Source: an uncultured Gemmataceae bacterium (GTDB taxonomy: Bacteria > Planctomycetota > Planctomycetia > Gemmatales > Gemmataceae). Taken from it: a stretch of 64,000 nt of DNA. The position numbers were made by a program, and so were the translations under genes. Shown here piece after piece: positions 32,001-34,814 of the stretch. The notes beneath the pieces are model-generated. The model saw nothing but the letters and a program-made list of their open reading frames with translations. It did not search any database and was not told the origin of the DNA. How positions within the stretch are numbered: the first letter of the stretch is position 1; the number at the start of each line of letters is the position of its first letter. The stretch covers positions 640,001 to 704,000 of the forward strand of contig CAVVPN010000004.1 in NCBI GenBank assembly GCA_963750165.1, written 5' to 3'.

Positions 32001-34814
32001 CTCGCCGCCGAGGTACAGCACCGGCTCGGTGCCGAGGTAGTAGCGCAGGTCCGTTGCGGTGTAGGTCGCCACGTCGTACTTGGCGAGCAGCACCGGTTCG
32101 CCGGCATGGTGCGTCACCGGCCGGCCATTCACGGTGATCGTCGCCAGCGTGTACAGCACCACCTGGCCGTTGACGATCAACGGCTGGTTGTTGGCGCCGA
32201 CGACTGGCTGGCCGACCTGCACCGGCTCGCCGCCGTGATAGGTCTGGGCCACGCCGTTGGTCTTCACCTGAGTCACACCGTCCGCGATGTACACCGGTTC
32301 GCCGGTCATGTGGTCCAGCGGGTTGCCCTGGGCGTTCACGATGGTCGAGGCGGTGTACAGGATGGCGGCGCCCGTGGTCGGGTCCGTCTCGACATCGCCG
32401 TTGGCGTTCACCACCGGCTGGCCGACCTGCAGCGGTTCGTCGCCGAAGTAGAACTGCTCGTCGCCGGCCTGGTGCGTTGCCCGGTGCTCGATCACCACCT
32501 TGATGATGACCCTATCGGTCATCGCCAGGTGACTCAGGCTCAGGTGGTTCAGTTCCACCAGATCGTCGGCGCTGCCGTTCGGGGCCGGGACTACCGTGAA
32601 CTCGCTCGGGTCCAGGTTGAACACGTTCGAGGTCGAGAGGTCGATGACGGTCAGCGTCACCGCGTCGCCGTTCTGCAGCCGGTACGGGAAGCCCTCCGAT
32701 TGCAGGTCGAGCGTCGGTTGACTGCTGAGCGTCAGCGGCACATACTTCCGCTCGCCGGCGAAGTGCGTCGGGTGGCTCGCCAGCTCGGCCGCCGTCCACA
32801 CCTCGACATTGCCGTCGGCGTCCAGGAGCAGCTGGTTGTTCGTGCCGACCATCGGTTGGCCGGGCAGGATCGGCTCGCCGCCGTTGTAGGTCGAGCCGGC
32901 GCCGACCAACGGCACCCAGCTGTCGAAGGTCAGCGGCGTGTACGGGTTGCCGATGTCGAGCAGGTTGCCGTTCTGATCGACCACCTGGTACACCGGGTCG
33001 CGGCGGAAGTGCAGTTCCGCGTCGTCTGGCTGGTGCTGGAAGACGCTCTGCAGCAGCAAATTGCTCACCAGCACATCCGACGTGCCCACCTCGTTGATGA
33101 GCTTGCCGGCCGACGTCAGGAACAGCGTGGTGCCGCTGATCGAGTTGATCGTGTACGAGCCGTCGTTGTGGTTCGAGTTCTGGATGAAGATCGTTTGGCC
33201 GGCCTGGAAGCCGTCCGCCGTCCAGCTGCCGCTGCTGCGGGTGATGCTGTCATGCGTGCTGCCGGCCATGAAGGTCAGCGTCGGCTGACCGGTCATCTGC
33301 ACGAAGCTGGCGGTGCCGCCAGCCAGCGTGTCCGCCAGCGACAGCGTTAGTGTCTTGCCGTCGGTGCTGATGGCGGCCACGGTGTAGGTGCCGTTGTTGG
33401 CGCCTGCCCCCTGCACGAGGATGCCATTGTTGACCTGGAAGCCGTCGGCGCCCCAGTTGCCGCTGTTGCGCGTGATCGTGTCACCGCCGCTGGCGTTGTG
33501 CGTGAACGTCAGCGTCAGGCTGGCCGCGACCGCGACGTTGGTCGTCACCGGCACCGGCGCCGTGGACGTGGCGATGGTCAGCGTCAGGTCGGTCAGGGCC
33601 GTCACCGTGTAGACACCGTCGTGGCTGGTGCCGACCAGGCGAACAGTGTCGCCGGCGGTGAAGTTGTCGTCGATCCAGCTGCCGGCGTTGCGCGTGATGG
33701 TGTAGCCGCCGCTGATCGGCGCGAAGGTCAGCGTCGGGCTGCCGGTCAGGGCGCCGACCGTCACCTCGGAGGTCGTCGTCACCACGGAGCCGGTTTGCAC
33801 CTGAATGCCCGAGTCCGGGCCTTCGTTGGTCAGGTGGTTCGACGTGGCCAGCGTGATCGTCGTCGCGGTGACGGCGTAGATCGTATAAGCGCCGTCGTTG
33901 TGAACGGTGCCCTGCACGACGATGATCTGGCCCGCCTGGAAGCCGTCAGTGACCCAGCTGCCGGCGCTGCGTGTGATCGTGTCCTGCGCCGGCGTGCTGA
34001 CGTTGACGTTGGTCAGCGGCCCGGCATCGACCAGCTGGGCCGAACTCGTCAGGGTGATCGTCGCCGCGGTCAGGCTGGCGATGGTGTAGTAGCCGTCGTC
34101 GTGGACCGTCCCCTGCACCTGGATGACCTGGCCGACCTTGAAGCCGTCCGCGATCCAGCTGCCGCTGGCGCGGGTGATGGTTTCGCCGTTGCTGCTGAAC
34201 GTCAGGGTCGGGTTGCCGGCCGGCTGGATCAGGTTGTGGTTGAACGTCAGCGTGCCGGCGGCCGAGTTGGCACCGTAGTGAATCGGGTTGCTGGCCGCGC
34301 TGCTGACGTTGTTGACCACCGGTTCGCCGCCGATGTCGCGGACGAGGTTGCCGTTGCTCTCCACGGCCAGGTCGCCGGCGTAGTGCAGCACCGGATCGCC
34401 CGCCTTGTGGACCTCCGGGTTGCCGAACGGGTCGAGCACCGGCAACTTCGTGTACAGGTCCAGCACCGGCTCGCCGCCCTTGTACAGCAGCGGCGCGCCC
34501 GTGAACGGATCCGTCACCGGTTCGCCGGCGAAGTACGTCTGGCGATCCGGGTTGCTGGCGTTGCCGTGGAAGACCTGCTGGCCGCTGGTGGTCAGCACGT
34601 CCACCGGCACCGGCACCGTCGCCAGGGTGCCGGTCAGGTTGTTCGCGTCCGCCGAGCCGGTGATGTATACCTGGCCGGTGCCCGTCGCGTCGGTGCCGCG
34701 CACTTCCACAGGTTGCAGGTATGGCATCACCTGCGTGCGGTCCACCTGGATCAGCGCCGGGAAGTTCGTCGGCGTGTTCACCTGGAAGCCGTTGTTGTCG
34801 ATGTACAGCAGTTG
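7455..34814 (-). CDS. Giant protein segment 4 (C-terminal 9119 aa; ORF track 7455-34781)
   Basis: Uninterrupted frame containing TITR..GSW modules, GGEPV repeats, RTX-like rolls, Calx-beta-like and PPC-like domains, about 27 G.TW repeats, about 29 beta-helix-like repeats and a DUF4214-type C-terminus. Confidence 0.92.
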   Translation of the reverse strand, partial: QLLYIDNNGFQVNTPTNFPALIQVDRTQVMPYLQPVEVRGTDATGTGQVYITGSADANNLTGTLATVPVPVDVLTTSGQQVFHGNASNPDRQTYFAGEPVTDPFTGAPLLYKGGEPVLDLYTKLPVLDPFGNPEVHKAGDPVLHYAGDLAVESNGNLVRDIGGEPVVNNVSSAASNPIHYGANSAAGTLTFNHNLIQPAGNPTLTFSSNGETITRASGSWIADGFKVGQVIQVQGTVHDDGYYTIASLTAATITLTSSAQLVDAGPLTNVNVSTPAQDTITRSAGSWVTDGFQAGQIIVVQGTVHNDGAYTIYAVTATTITLATSNHLTNEGPDSGIQVQTGSVVTTTSEVTVGALTGSPTLTFAPISGGYTITRNAGSWIDDNFTAGDTVRLVGTSHDGVYTVTALTDLTLTIATSTAPVPVTTNVAVAASLTLTFTHNASGGDTITRNSGNWGADGFQVNNGILVQGAGANNGTYTVAAISTDGKTLTLSLADTLAGGTASFVQMTGQPTLTFMAGSTHDSITRSSGSWTADGFQAGQTIFIQNSNHNDGSYTINSISGTTLFLTSAGKLINEVGTSDVLVSNLLLQSVFQHQPDDAELHFRRDPVYQVVDQNGNLLDIGNPYTPLTFDSWVPLVGAGSTYNGGEPILPGQPMVGTNNQLLLDADGNVEVWTAAELASHPTHFAGERKYVPLTLSSQPTLDLQSEGFPYRLQNGDAVTLTVIDLSTSNVFNLDPSEFTVVPAPNGSADDLVELNHLSLSHLAMTDRVIIKVVIEHRATHQAGDEQFYFGDEPLQVGQPVVNANGDVETDPTTGAAILYTASTIVNAQGNPLDHMTGEPVYIADGVTQVKTNGVAQTYHGGEPVQVGQPVVGANNQPLIVNGQVVLYTLATITVNGRPVTHHAGEPVLLAKYDVATYTATDLRYYLGTEPVLYLGGEPAYFTAADPVQVVKLYQSVTISEQPNNPAVPQAINTVQKVTLTGSPTAGSFTLSLGGQTSAPIAFNATAATVQSTLAGLPTIGIGNVAVTGPNGGPWTVTFQGTLVTAVALLTANGSGLTGGGVMVTAATSGTVYFANLNPASSVVSVATGIGTNTFTVASTYNFTGSTVITTAAKGTDNIALQTVPGPTTINANGTDTIAVGSKAGLWQVAANGMQTPGQLNFINVQGTTYPLTLTGSQYRLLNGDQFGVLAPLTINGGSNHADMVSVDDTGDTIGRAAEMTATTITNTVTTAGNATLVGGRGQLFGPSGSIAYYNLKQLNVNLGQGGNVYSIHSTAGSPSVAMTTNVNGGGGQNTINIETIAGNTNINTGGGSAGSTVRVGSGTSFTDPVQQNSVLSGLQNGLLTLQGSGNDALQLYDSGNALGAAGELTATDLTGFGMTLGVHYLNFHTLQLLLGSGHNNLYIASTPQGTSTSGTPLLDIQASKATVAGPDEVSNTFNINTVSEPTTIEGGSGNDVFRVNYDQNGKQTYVNGITAPLTLLGGTGNELYQIGLAVLGASGSPVNSVINVEDQNPQNELGIDQLQIYGTRLQNDFFLLRANQVAKTGVVAMYAVDAANNPLDGPGSFFERVNYDPSLTGGLAVYLGGGNSTVVMDDNLVKTNIFGGTGNDTYQIGEVFKSPRDGSNPNNGLDPLDYYQTTQTTAGFLTNGASFVTTIQGGQGDSDFTVYNHLAELFLFGGDGTNTFRIHAFVKVNPNDPKAPFTNINGGKGANFITYDVTAPVHIIGGTGFNTVVVVGTDFGDTYVVTDQGIFGAGLYVTYTGIQKLVVDAQAGNDIFDIASTPQGVDVELVGGLGSDIFNVGGTGDGQPITVVSQSLNGYSALIDHTITASGTDSAFGSSYDQSVVAYVADKDTAGVVVSLPNGPLQIFKGGASWSPTDPRQNLVVNSYTVVLTQAPVDPVRITATPAPLSAQDQRAGVSNILLDGSATGVTLIFDRTNWFIPQTVTVTAPDDGIATGDRSLNILMTVTEGANASDGDPYNGIVVPSVAVQVYDNHAASVEVVPMNGNTPTTSTVVAEGPGGNPASATYALVLTKQPTTNVVVDVVTDGQVTVSSAAANYNAANQTVTFSPANWDVPVIITVMAVTSTEVQGTHYSRIQTVIDPTASNLTAYLALNLSDVATGLATSINRDLNNNYTATATGSQVTISNPTVFRFTLADFQTPAGFSASIDGSSVKAFDGSASVTLTNAVTTGDRFVLNLNGSEVSYVAVMGDGPTQVAAGLAAAVTTAGLPYQATASGATLTVKLLQVTISLTANAANPGGVSSIQATTSGIAITASPSAGGFSNALVTFSPINANGTISGQTWGLLLDGVPYSYTSVAGDTLQTIAQALLNEISNDAYAGPVLHLTANPANVGGLSSVSSLTAGITITGLPNAAAFSTAALLFTGSVSAGQVWAITLDGQTYSYTAAAGDTLETVAGKLHAAITTGGFGGTAALSGPFVDPSVLLTSSTSNANGTSSISSTTPGITITSVPQASAFATATVLFSGTVSAGQVWALTLDGHTYQYTAVAGDTLATVASQLRNAIAGGPFGGTAVLAAGGTVQLEGAPFSATVSQTQVNGTVVTPAASFTSATPSANYWVTLVLDLSAITMPVSIPQGTQWVLTLNNYGIGGSSALYGFTAGQNHDTLTPASVDVTITDNKTPGVLIQQSNGSTNVIEPTSNVVLGNGTVSQITAAVDLTANPSNPGGVSRVSTSSAGLILTGNPTPDAFTTAVVLVDTVNNGQPYSITLDGQTYTVPGGNYTPTSLAQALVAVINAAHTFGGTATLDVNTHFTGNFGTSVLQAVQSHDSIYTAQNLDAGKWNQNADPTIEQSTTLPHLTVLGSGHNANDYYSFTITQDMINNAGPNGIQAIFDMEGGAASSVFWASRLELLDQAGNLIAEGPGYSDPAYKGPSNSWWLDDRLTYTFKGTVPATYYLVVTAWFPFNSAGVPAGVNYVLQVSIAQHPVDGFLFAPQAVSQSANNTTPATAQIVDPPTSNTMGAPPSGTNFFTFYDPTLGNANLGGTIDSQTPYVKIQGAGSNAPAYYQFTITPDMVNPSPGALSTPDAPGTYYTVAYLQLNGTVHANDVFTLGLSDHTYTYTALMGDDLHAVAVGLEHAIQTMTPGRFTLTIVNGSDGMMDTLEIQQPDSGFNLVGATSTTLGVTQDILDAGTVSRQTNALQTAAFGGTVMVDTVAATLTLTAAPTNPTGTSSVAEATGTTGIAIMATPSATAFTSATLTLSGTVSAGQLWSIVLDGVTYSYIATGSDTLGTIATHLQSAITGGKAAIFFSTATLTLSGTVAAGEDWFLEVNGRGYMAPTTTGSSTLNSIATALAAALNADGSANVTAGASGTTLTLTAGSNFWFTVGTAILGNSPRELVGIAGTPAPTEFANIKWTMVNFAITSPPRTGETWTVTLGGVPYSYTVQASDTTSADIATGLKNAIPTSYTRSTSGAVLTVSSATAFTATLTVTPAGAVDTTHVTTTPTTQSVQLTGPVNAGDTWTATLATDVTASVMAGSVVNGVTLSTLADIAGGLAYQINTTLTGYAASANGANLVVVRPSGTAFTLAVAITPVGTLTSATGHGAILVTVPAPASASDTWYLSVFDHTGAFVGQAQASGSTAAGLAAALTTAFNGVAALSGYVASNGPGTPGVLVLALDPTQTFTVQLSLTPAAVANQSANSSNQVIPISQSDVNGGDTWSVTITQGTMMYGPFNVMVGSTGSLMSRTNQLANALAADLNISATFTAFATNSGTNHSITVTGLMTGTPYTISVIVNPGMSQTDLSSTVDISPANVFASLLTLQTTPIHTGDMWSVTLTQGATTMTSASYPVVMGDMYTNIASGLAPLLQAVTGLPAMTTLTVQANGPTLVAVESGTGAASFTLTLNIEPAGAVGSAQPSATLTLTGPVSAQDTWHVKLDNNNSGQNVANFPVVTSSMSPSAVVTGLTSQLLAVPGMYVAVARGNQIAVTQVGGFDFTSTLQTQVISADTAPANTTTTAKITLTGPANSGDTWNLTVDGTTYPQTVGTSSATASTVATELAALAVGTQTDRTAVEVDTTVGMVTYSTIYLTLFPSTATPALSFSVTRNSTVATDTVSGTPPTAVQQSVAAQSPSAAGDAWTVTVNGTPVSFTATAAGFANVVSGLVTAINGRHLTVASGASVNASVGPDGNLLVVATDGSAVSVGPVEQDRVAYTNTSNTPDTRDHYLNVTVTLPSGTGVIVANAVWTLTIDGHTYTYMVSAHPQRDNITPATIAAAFVSDINNPSYPGNQTGPPLIFDATLATTGAAFQVTATANIPFVVPLSNFSRGGGSLLGVFDTNNTTPVNGSTPSITYQTFSFLGITFSYPVIVNHSYTITPVLTLYGPSAPGATDLVPLGNLTTNFQELSVSSDAAGSFTLSYNGATTAAIPVAGLDDSAIQSALQLILPSGTTALVRGNGPYFIGFVVTGTSSTAEPVPVQVNTTGLTAGSVTIQEAASSTKATTLDAYFEYLFTYAGNYQIEVTSVLHYADGFLPDQYLPYVPGGLAYQLNMSLPGHPTNPAAIDLVGKTITILTGAAKGESAVITGYDPATNEYTVNQAWNPLPAATDQFEISFNPITQYGSSFTSNSPVTDTYTVVLTAQPTNPVTVNVSPQLTTTYNSQLAFDPRANYGMGQAEVQVATPNLQVTLTGTPAVGETWTITLTNAAGYIANDSTATLTAAYTMTAADMMAPDPLAAVMAGLMAALGQSPFTSQDYTTSTTGLPADTFVIRNTASVNAAFFGHFAILKVPTGGTTPIQTEQGGANITETLQLAGTPAAGQQWAVTLTAPGLANVVVTYTVQAGDNLNTVARGLVRLISALSGPYSAVVDATNGNALDVTRAGTFQASLSDTGGNPINPHDGAMTLQQVQVGLTGFPILGQTWSLTLGGVTYSYAVQFGDALADVAAGLAAAVPTTTYNVSVLGLVLTINRFDGGPMTFAFGISPDSLGGATLTPQLVFTHANWNLAQTVTVAAYDPYNVVEGSDALVFPAPDQRVNSIRGPLTIDGGVLVGQDQFLNNPVLLPGETNFLVPDGSVATVGSVTQGTGTVTYPTPATALLTLGGTPAVGEVWTTTIPSLSGSPTFSYTVKPNDQLADIAAGLALQMQSGLVNATASGVTVTVSLASLNPITLSFAIRGRATITDPNATFVSQDAGQRPGFDPRMNSYSYSITFLNGPATNVQLPVASTSGDILSVGAKTVNGVQVPFTVSFTQNGVAPSDSAARFIGTPVQNPTTGNNYDNFVSATLQWRTLILQLTGTPAVGEVWALTLDGTTYSVTVAPNRNVVSLVAADLAAVLGATATPYNVEQRTGLLGEAYLLITRKNGAAISAGHFDITEAPAGSPTQGGVIFSGDPTLASLYAAGSSVQWTQAAIVLATPGAVGSTWVFRLQYPGNTPETATYQVQSTDTIASVILALKGQFHSDFTPVISGTEVTFAAPWPTTTTTATPGTLYYYAPFNPNTTVAESQSTNTLNVFNNHSPSNDTGTLTATQITGLGMGGDTVIAGTAFNGGITYQGIDVLNVYLGTGNNTFNVQSTSTGATNVYGGGGQNTFNVNTISGHTTINAGTGASTVNVSSATPQIDQISSLLTVVGGNPADVLNIDDSGSQTHYTGTLTGTTLTGLNMPAVPEVQTLVVQANGGTYKLTAPVAGITKVITLQGTVTAGATWTLTLTPGGTVSYVAETGDDLPAVAQGLAAALNGLTGIAAVAKGNTVVAIEQTAVDYTVSLTPGAATVVTGLTQTILLPPAVNAGSTWTVTLRDGSGTTTLAGPVAYTVQAGDTPAVVAQQLAAGLGKALNFSAFVTGNTIVISRLDGAAFTIALTPAAAGAVLGGDQTVTLNYTDSAAVLQQKLATLYGFTDIAVTEDRTVKNVTFTITFTNTRAGRDFAPLQWAESSSAGDLLPLTGLVAGPGNPVSVTTTVVQNGTTAPPQNLVETLTVNATGGSFAIKLLNPNTDSIETTGAVAYNASAQDLFNALDPILNPNNTNPALPFTDNFAVTKYDNVFFITFRGQFSVVNGNATEVITPADIDTTQLAGTLTLDTRTTGINYYDFGAVNLLLGVAGDNLNVQGTHANTVTTIQNGVGNSNITVSSTAPGDGNLLGVQGRLVINGGSAPANRLIVSNYGGYATSPVTQDASPMTQTLTIPAAVVVGDTWTVTLKDGTNTTTLAGPVSYTVQTGDTGADVAQHLAAELAGTANFTAFVTGNTVILTHLDGTAFTVTANSTQGGAVIQTQSVQEITGFAPAPIDYTATGGAFLDGTTNDGVLLKGAALGGDSFNVRSTLAGSTTLIRGGNGSVTFNVASNAVDANKVPTGDYDLHLILGTLTLVGGSGSSNRLVINNHGGPGSPNVLQTTATVAGQVYQQVTGFAPAAIYYTAAPGGAFFDPATGSGITLVGSATGNDTFGIKTTLAGSTTVFQGNAANGGTATFNVDGRTFNPVGPTNGLLGTLLLQGGSSNDLYNIVLSGGGVVLIEDQGVAGGTHTATITSPTPQTLFRLLPNLLSASGQVIGWTAKLQSVDLMNVQLAPVYGATPVGVAAPSPGTVTEIDASTLPNPTGVPKILSLDLSNLPANLLHITGPGQATLTVPGSTAYQPLGYTGFNQVTAAGGLLNVLLDNNSSDMAPAAVTQWTVRMRGNLVELSMNGVVLFDGVSTAIGSITVQGLGGDNVLTIDNTYGLVTPIINFNGGPSGHHALVINGGGSVTYSPSATNPSSGRITVVSGGRSQTINFTNSQDPTPMSQYFFNQLATQPVIISLPSNTDVVTVDSPALASLSQADQNAITGAGLTDGHFNRLAGTIGGLPFTDFFGNDQEVDLLFGDNANPNTPTTNTVTIQSLAAAQLEFFKVLGGAATNTTLTDTTTSYNLPATGGGISFIGGAGTVVNTIVANAPVTQYTLTNSGLTSSGTPSGGGTSQGAATITLSNVNAAQLSGSNTTFDVSGWSSLGTLTDTAGTVVDSGPANFTLSNTQLVRSDNGQTFTLSGITTANLTDTTGGHTFALNSWSGTGTLTNASGTTPGTTATPDAVQAVGPNSYTLTNATTPAQLTIATATTSKTLSLTGTGGFNMAILTATGGGNNFDLSGWTYGAALAGAGLAGNPDKLILSKNADFTLSNSSINTTDGLSASLAGITVANLTALSQPHTFKLDNINGTSHWTGTGTLTSNGGTGTLVASRDADFTLTNTTLSSTDGMALTLNNTNGNINVANLSAINNAHTFNLSNAGGTWTGTGSLSNNVGSGTVAATKNADFTLTNTSLAASDGLSMSLAGFGTANLTVNTAAHAFNLDNANGKWTGHGALTASGVAGTINSTRNADFTLANGSLNTSDGLSLTLSGITIANLTATTTAHVFNLDNTAGSDHWTGTGTLTSTGGTGTINVTRNADFTIASGSLSTSDGMAMTLNNSNGNLKVANLTALTTAHTFTLDAGNDHWTGTGHLVNASGSGTLNVTRNADFTLASGSLNLSDGTSMTLTGFGVANLASLVSPHNFALETVVGSTPDRWTGTGSITGSGGGTVISTRDANFTLVNGKLSASDGLNMTLSAINTANLTVINAAHTITLDTVNAATPDKWTGSGILAASGTGASGTVVTTRDANFTLVNGSLSASDGLAVTLSNIGAANLAVINNPHTITLDTPNAPTPDRWTGGGTLSATGAGASATVISTRDANFTLVNGSLSATDGLNIGLSNVGAANLTVISHPHTFTLDNANGSDHWTGTGSLTGYQVAGTVVVNRDADFFLANGSLSTLEGVAQTPGMSMTLSGITVANLLGATHAHTFTLNNAAGTDLWTGTGTLTSNVTGSTVRAAGAAGFTLTNTKLSSSSGLSMTLVGAFATANLADTAGNQTFDVSGWTAGGTLANASLPQVGDTVVAVKAAGFTLGNTSLTASDGLTLALVGLFNKANLTDTQGGNTFDVSGWTHGGTLANTPSNPADKVTAVKAAGYTLTNTSLSSTDGMGVTLSGPFTTANLTDTAGGNTFDVSGWTHGGKLTNTTSNPVVPDTIVANKPAGFTLGNGSITSTDGMSLTLVGAFGTANITDAAGGHTFDVSTWTGAITLVNASSSPVVPDILVSSKAAGYTLTNTSLTSTDGLSLTLVGPFSTANLTDTAGGNTFTVSGWTGSGSLTDSGATPDTVTMSSGGDYTLTNTSLTSTTGLNLTLSGIGTANLTETAGGHTFTVSGWTGTGSLTDSAAMADTVLASKAGGFTLSDTNLSSGTMSLTLSNVKTATLTDTQGGHTFTVSGWTGTGSLTDTAAMPDTVAASSAGGFTLTNASLSSGTMSLTLTNVKTANLTDTAGGNTFTVTGWTNTGSLSNTGATPDTVTMSSGGDYTLTNTNLTSTTGLNLALSGISTANLTETAGSHTFTVSGWTGVGSLTDTAATADKVVANKAGGFTLSNTNLSSGTMSLTLTNVKTANLTDTQGGNTFTVSGWTNTGSLSNTGATSDTVTMSSGGDYTLTNTSLTSTTGLNLTLSGVGTANLTETAGGHTFTVSSWTGGGSLTDTAATADTVIASKAGGFTLTNASLSSGTMSLTLTNVKTANLTDTKGGNTFTVTGWTGGGSLSNTGATPDTVTVSSGGDYTLTNTNLTNTSGLTLALSGIGTANLTETAGGHTFTVSGWTSGGSLTDTAATADTVIASKAGGFTLSNTNLSSGKMSLTLTNVKTANLTDTQGGNTFTVGGWTGTGSLTDSAATADTVVASKAGGFTLSDTNLSSGTMSLTLTNVKTATLTDTQGSWTFTVSGWTGTGSLTDSGTMADTVIASKAGGFTLSNTNLSSSKMSLTLTNVKTANLTDTQGGNTFTVDGWTGTGIITGTANDTLAATKDVTTFTLSSTGVLSTTDGMQLNLTRIGTVNLTGGPSNNTFSVVPSPVTTVNVNGGPQVIADTLTFDAQGNPVSFGPSSVSAGGTTVAFTNIEKLNFPPTTLNANQRYIQSLYFDVLGRLGTVSELNAWANTLPTNPSTNQLLNVVTAVEHTTEARTHLVDGWYVTYLGRQAQNGEEQTWVNLLAAGQTEDQVLSQIFATAEFASHANALIGGTNANTNYVKALYQLLLNRTPSTAEVNNVLPDVTSLGRAGLATAFVDGQEYRTDQVSADYIRLLHRQGGTAEVSGWATSSLNLQTIRFGLESSGEFYTNG

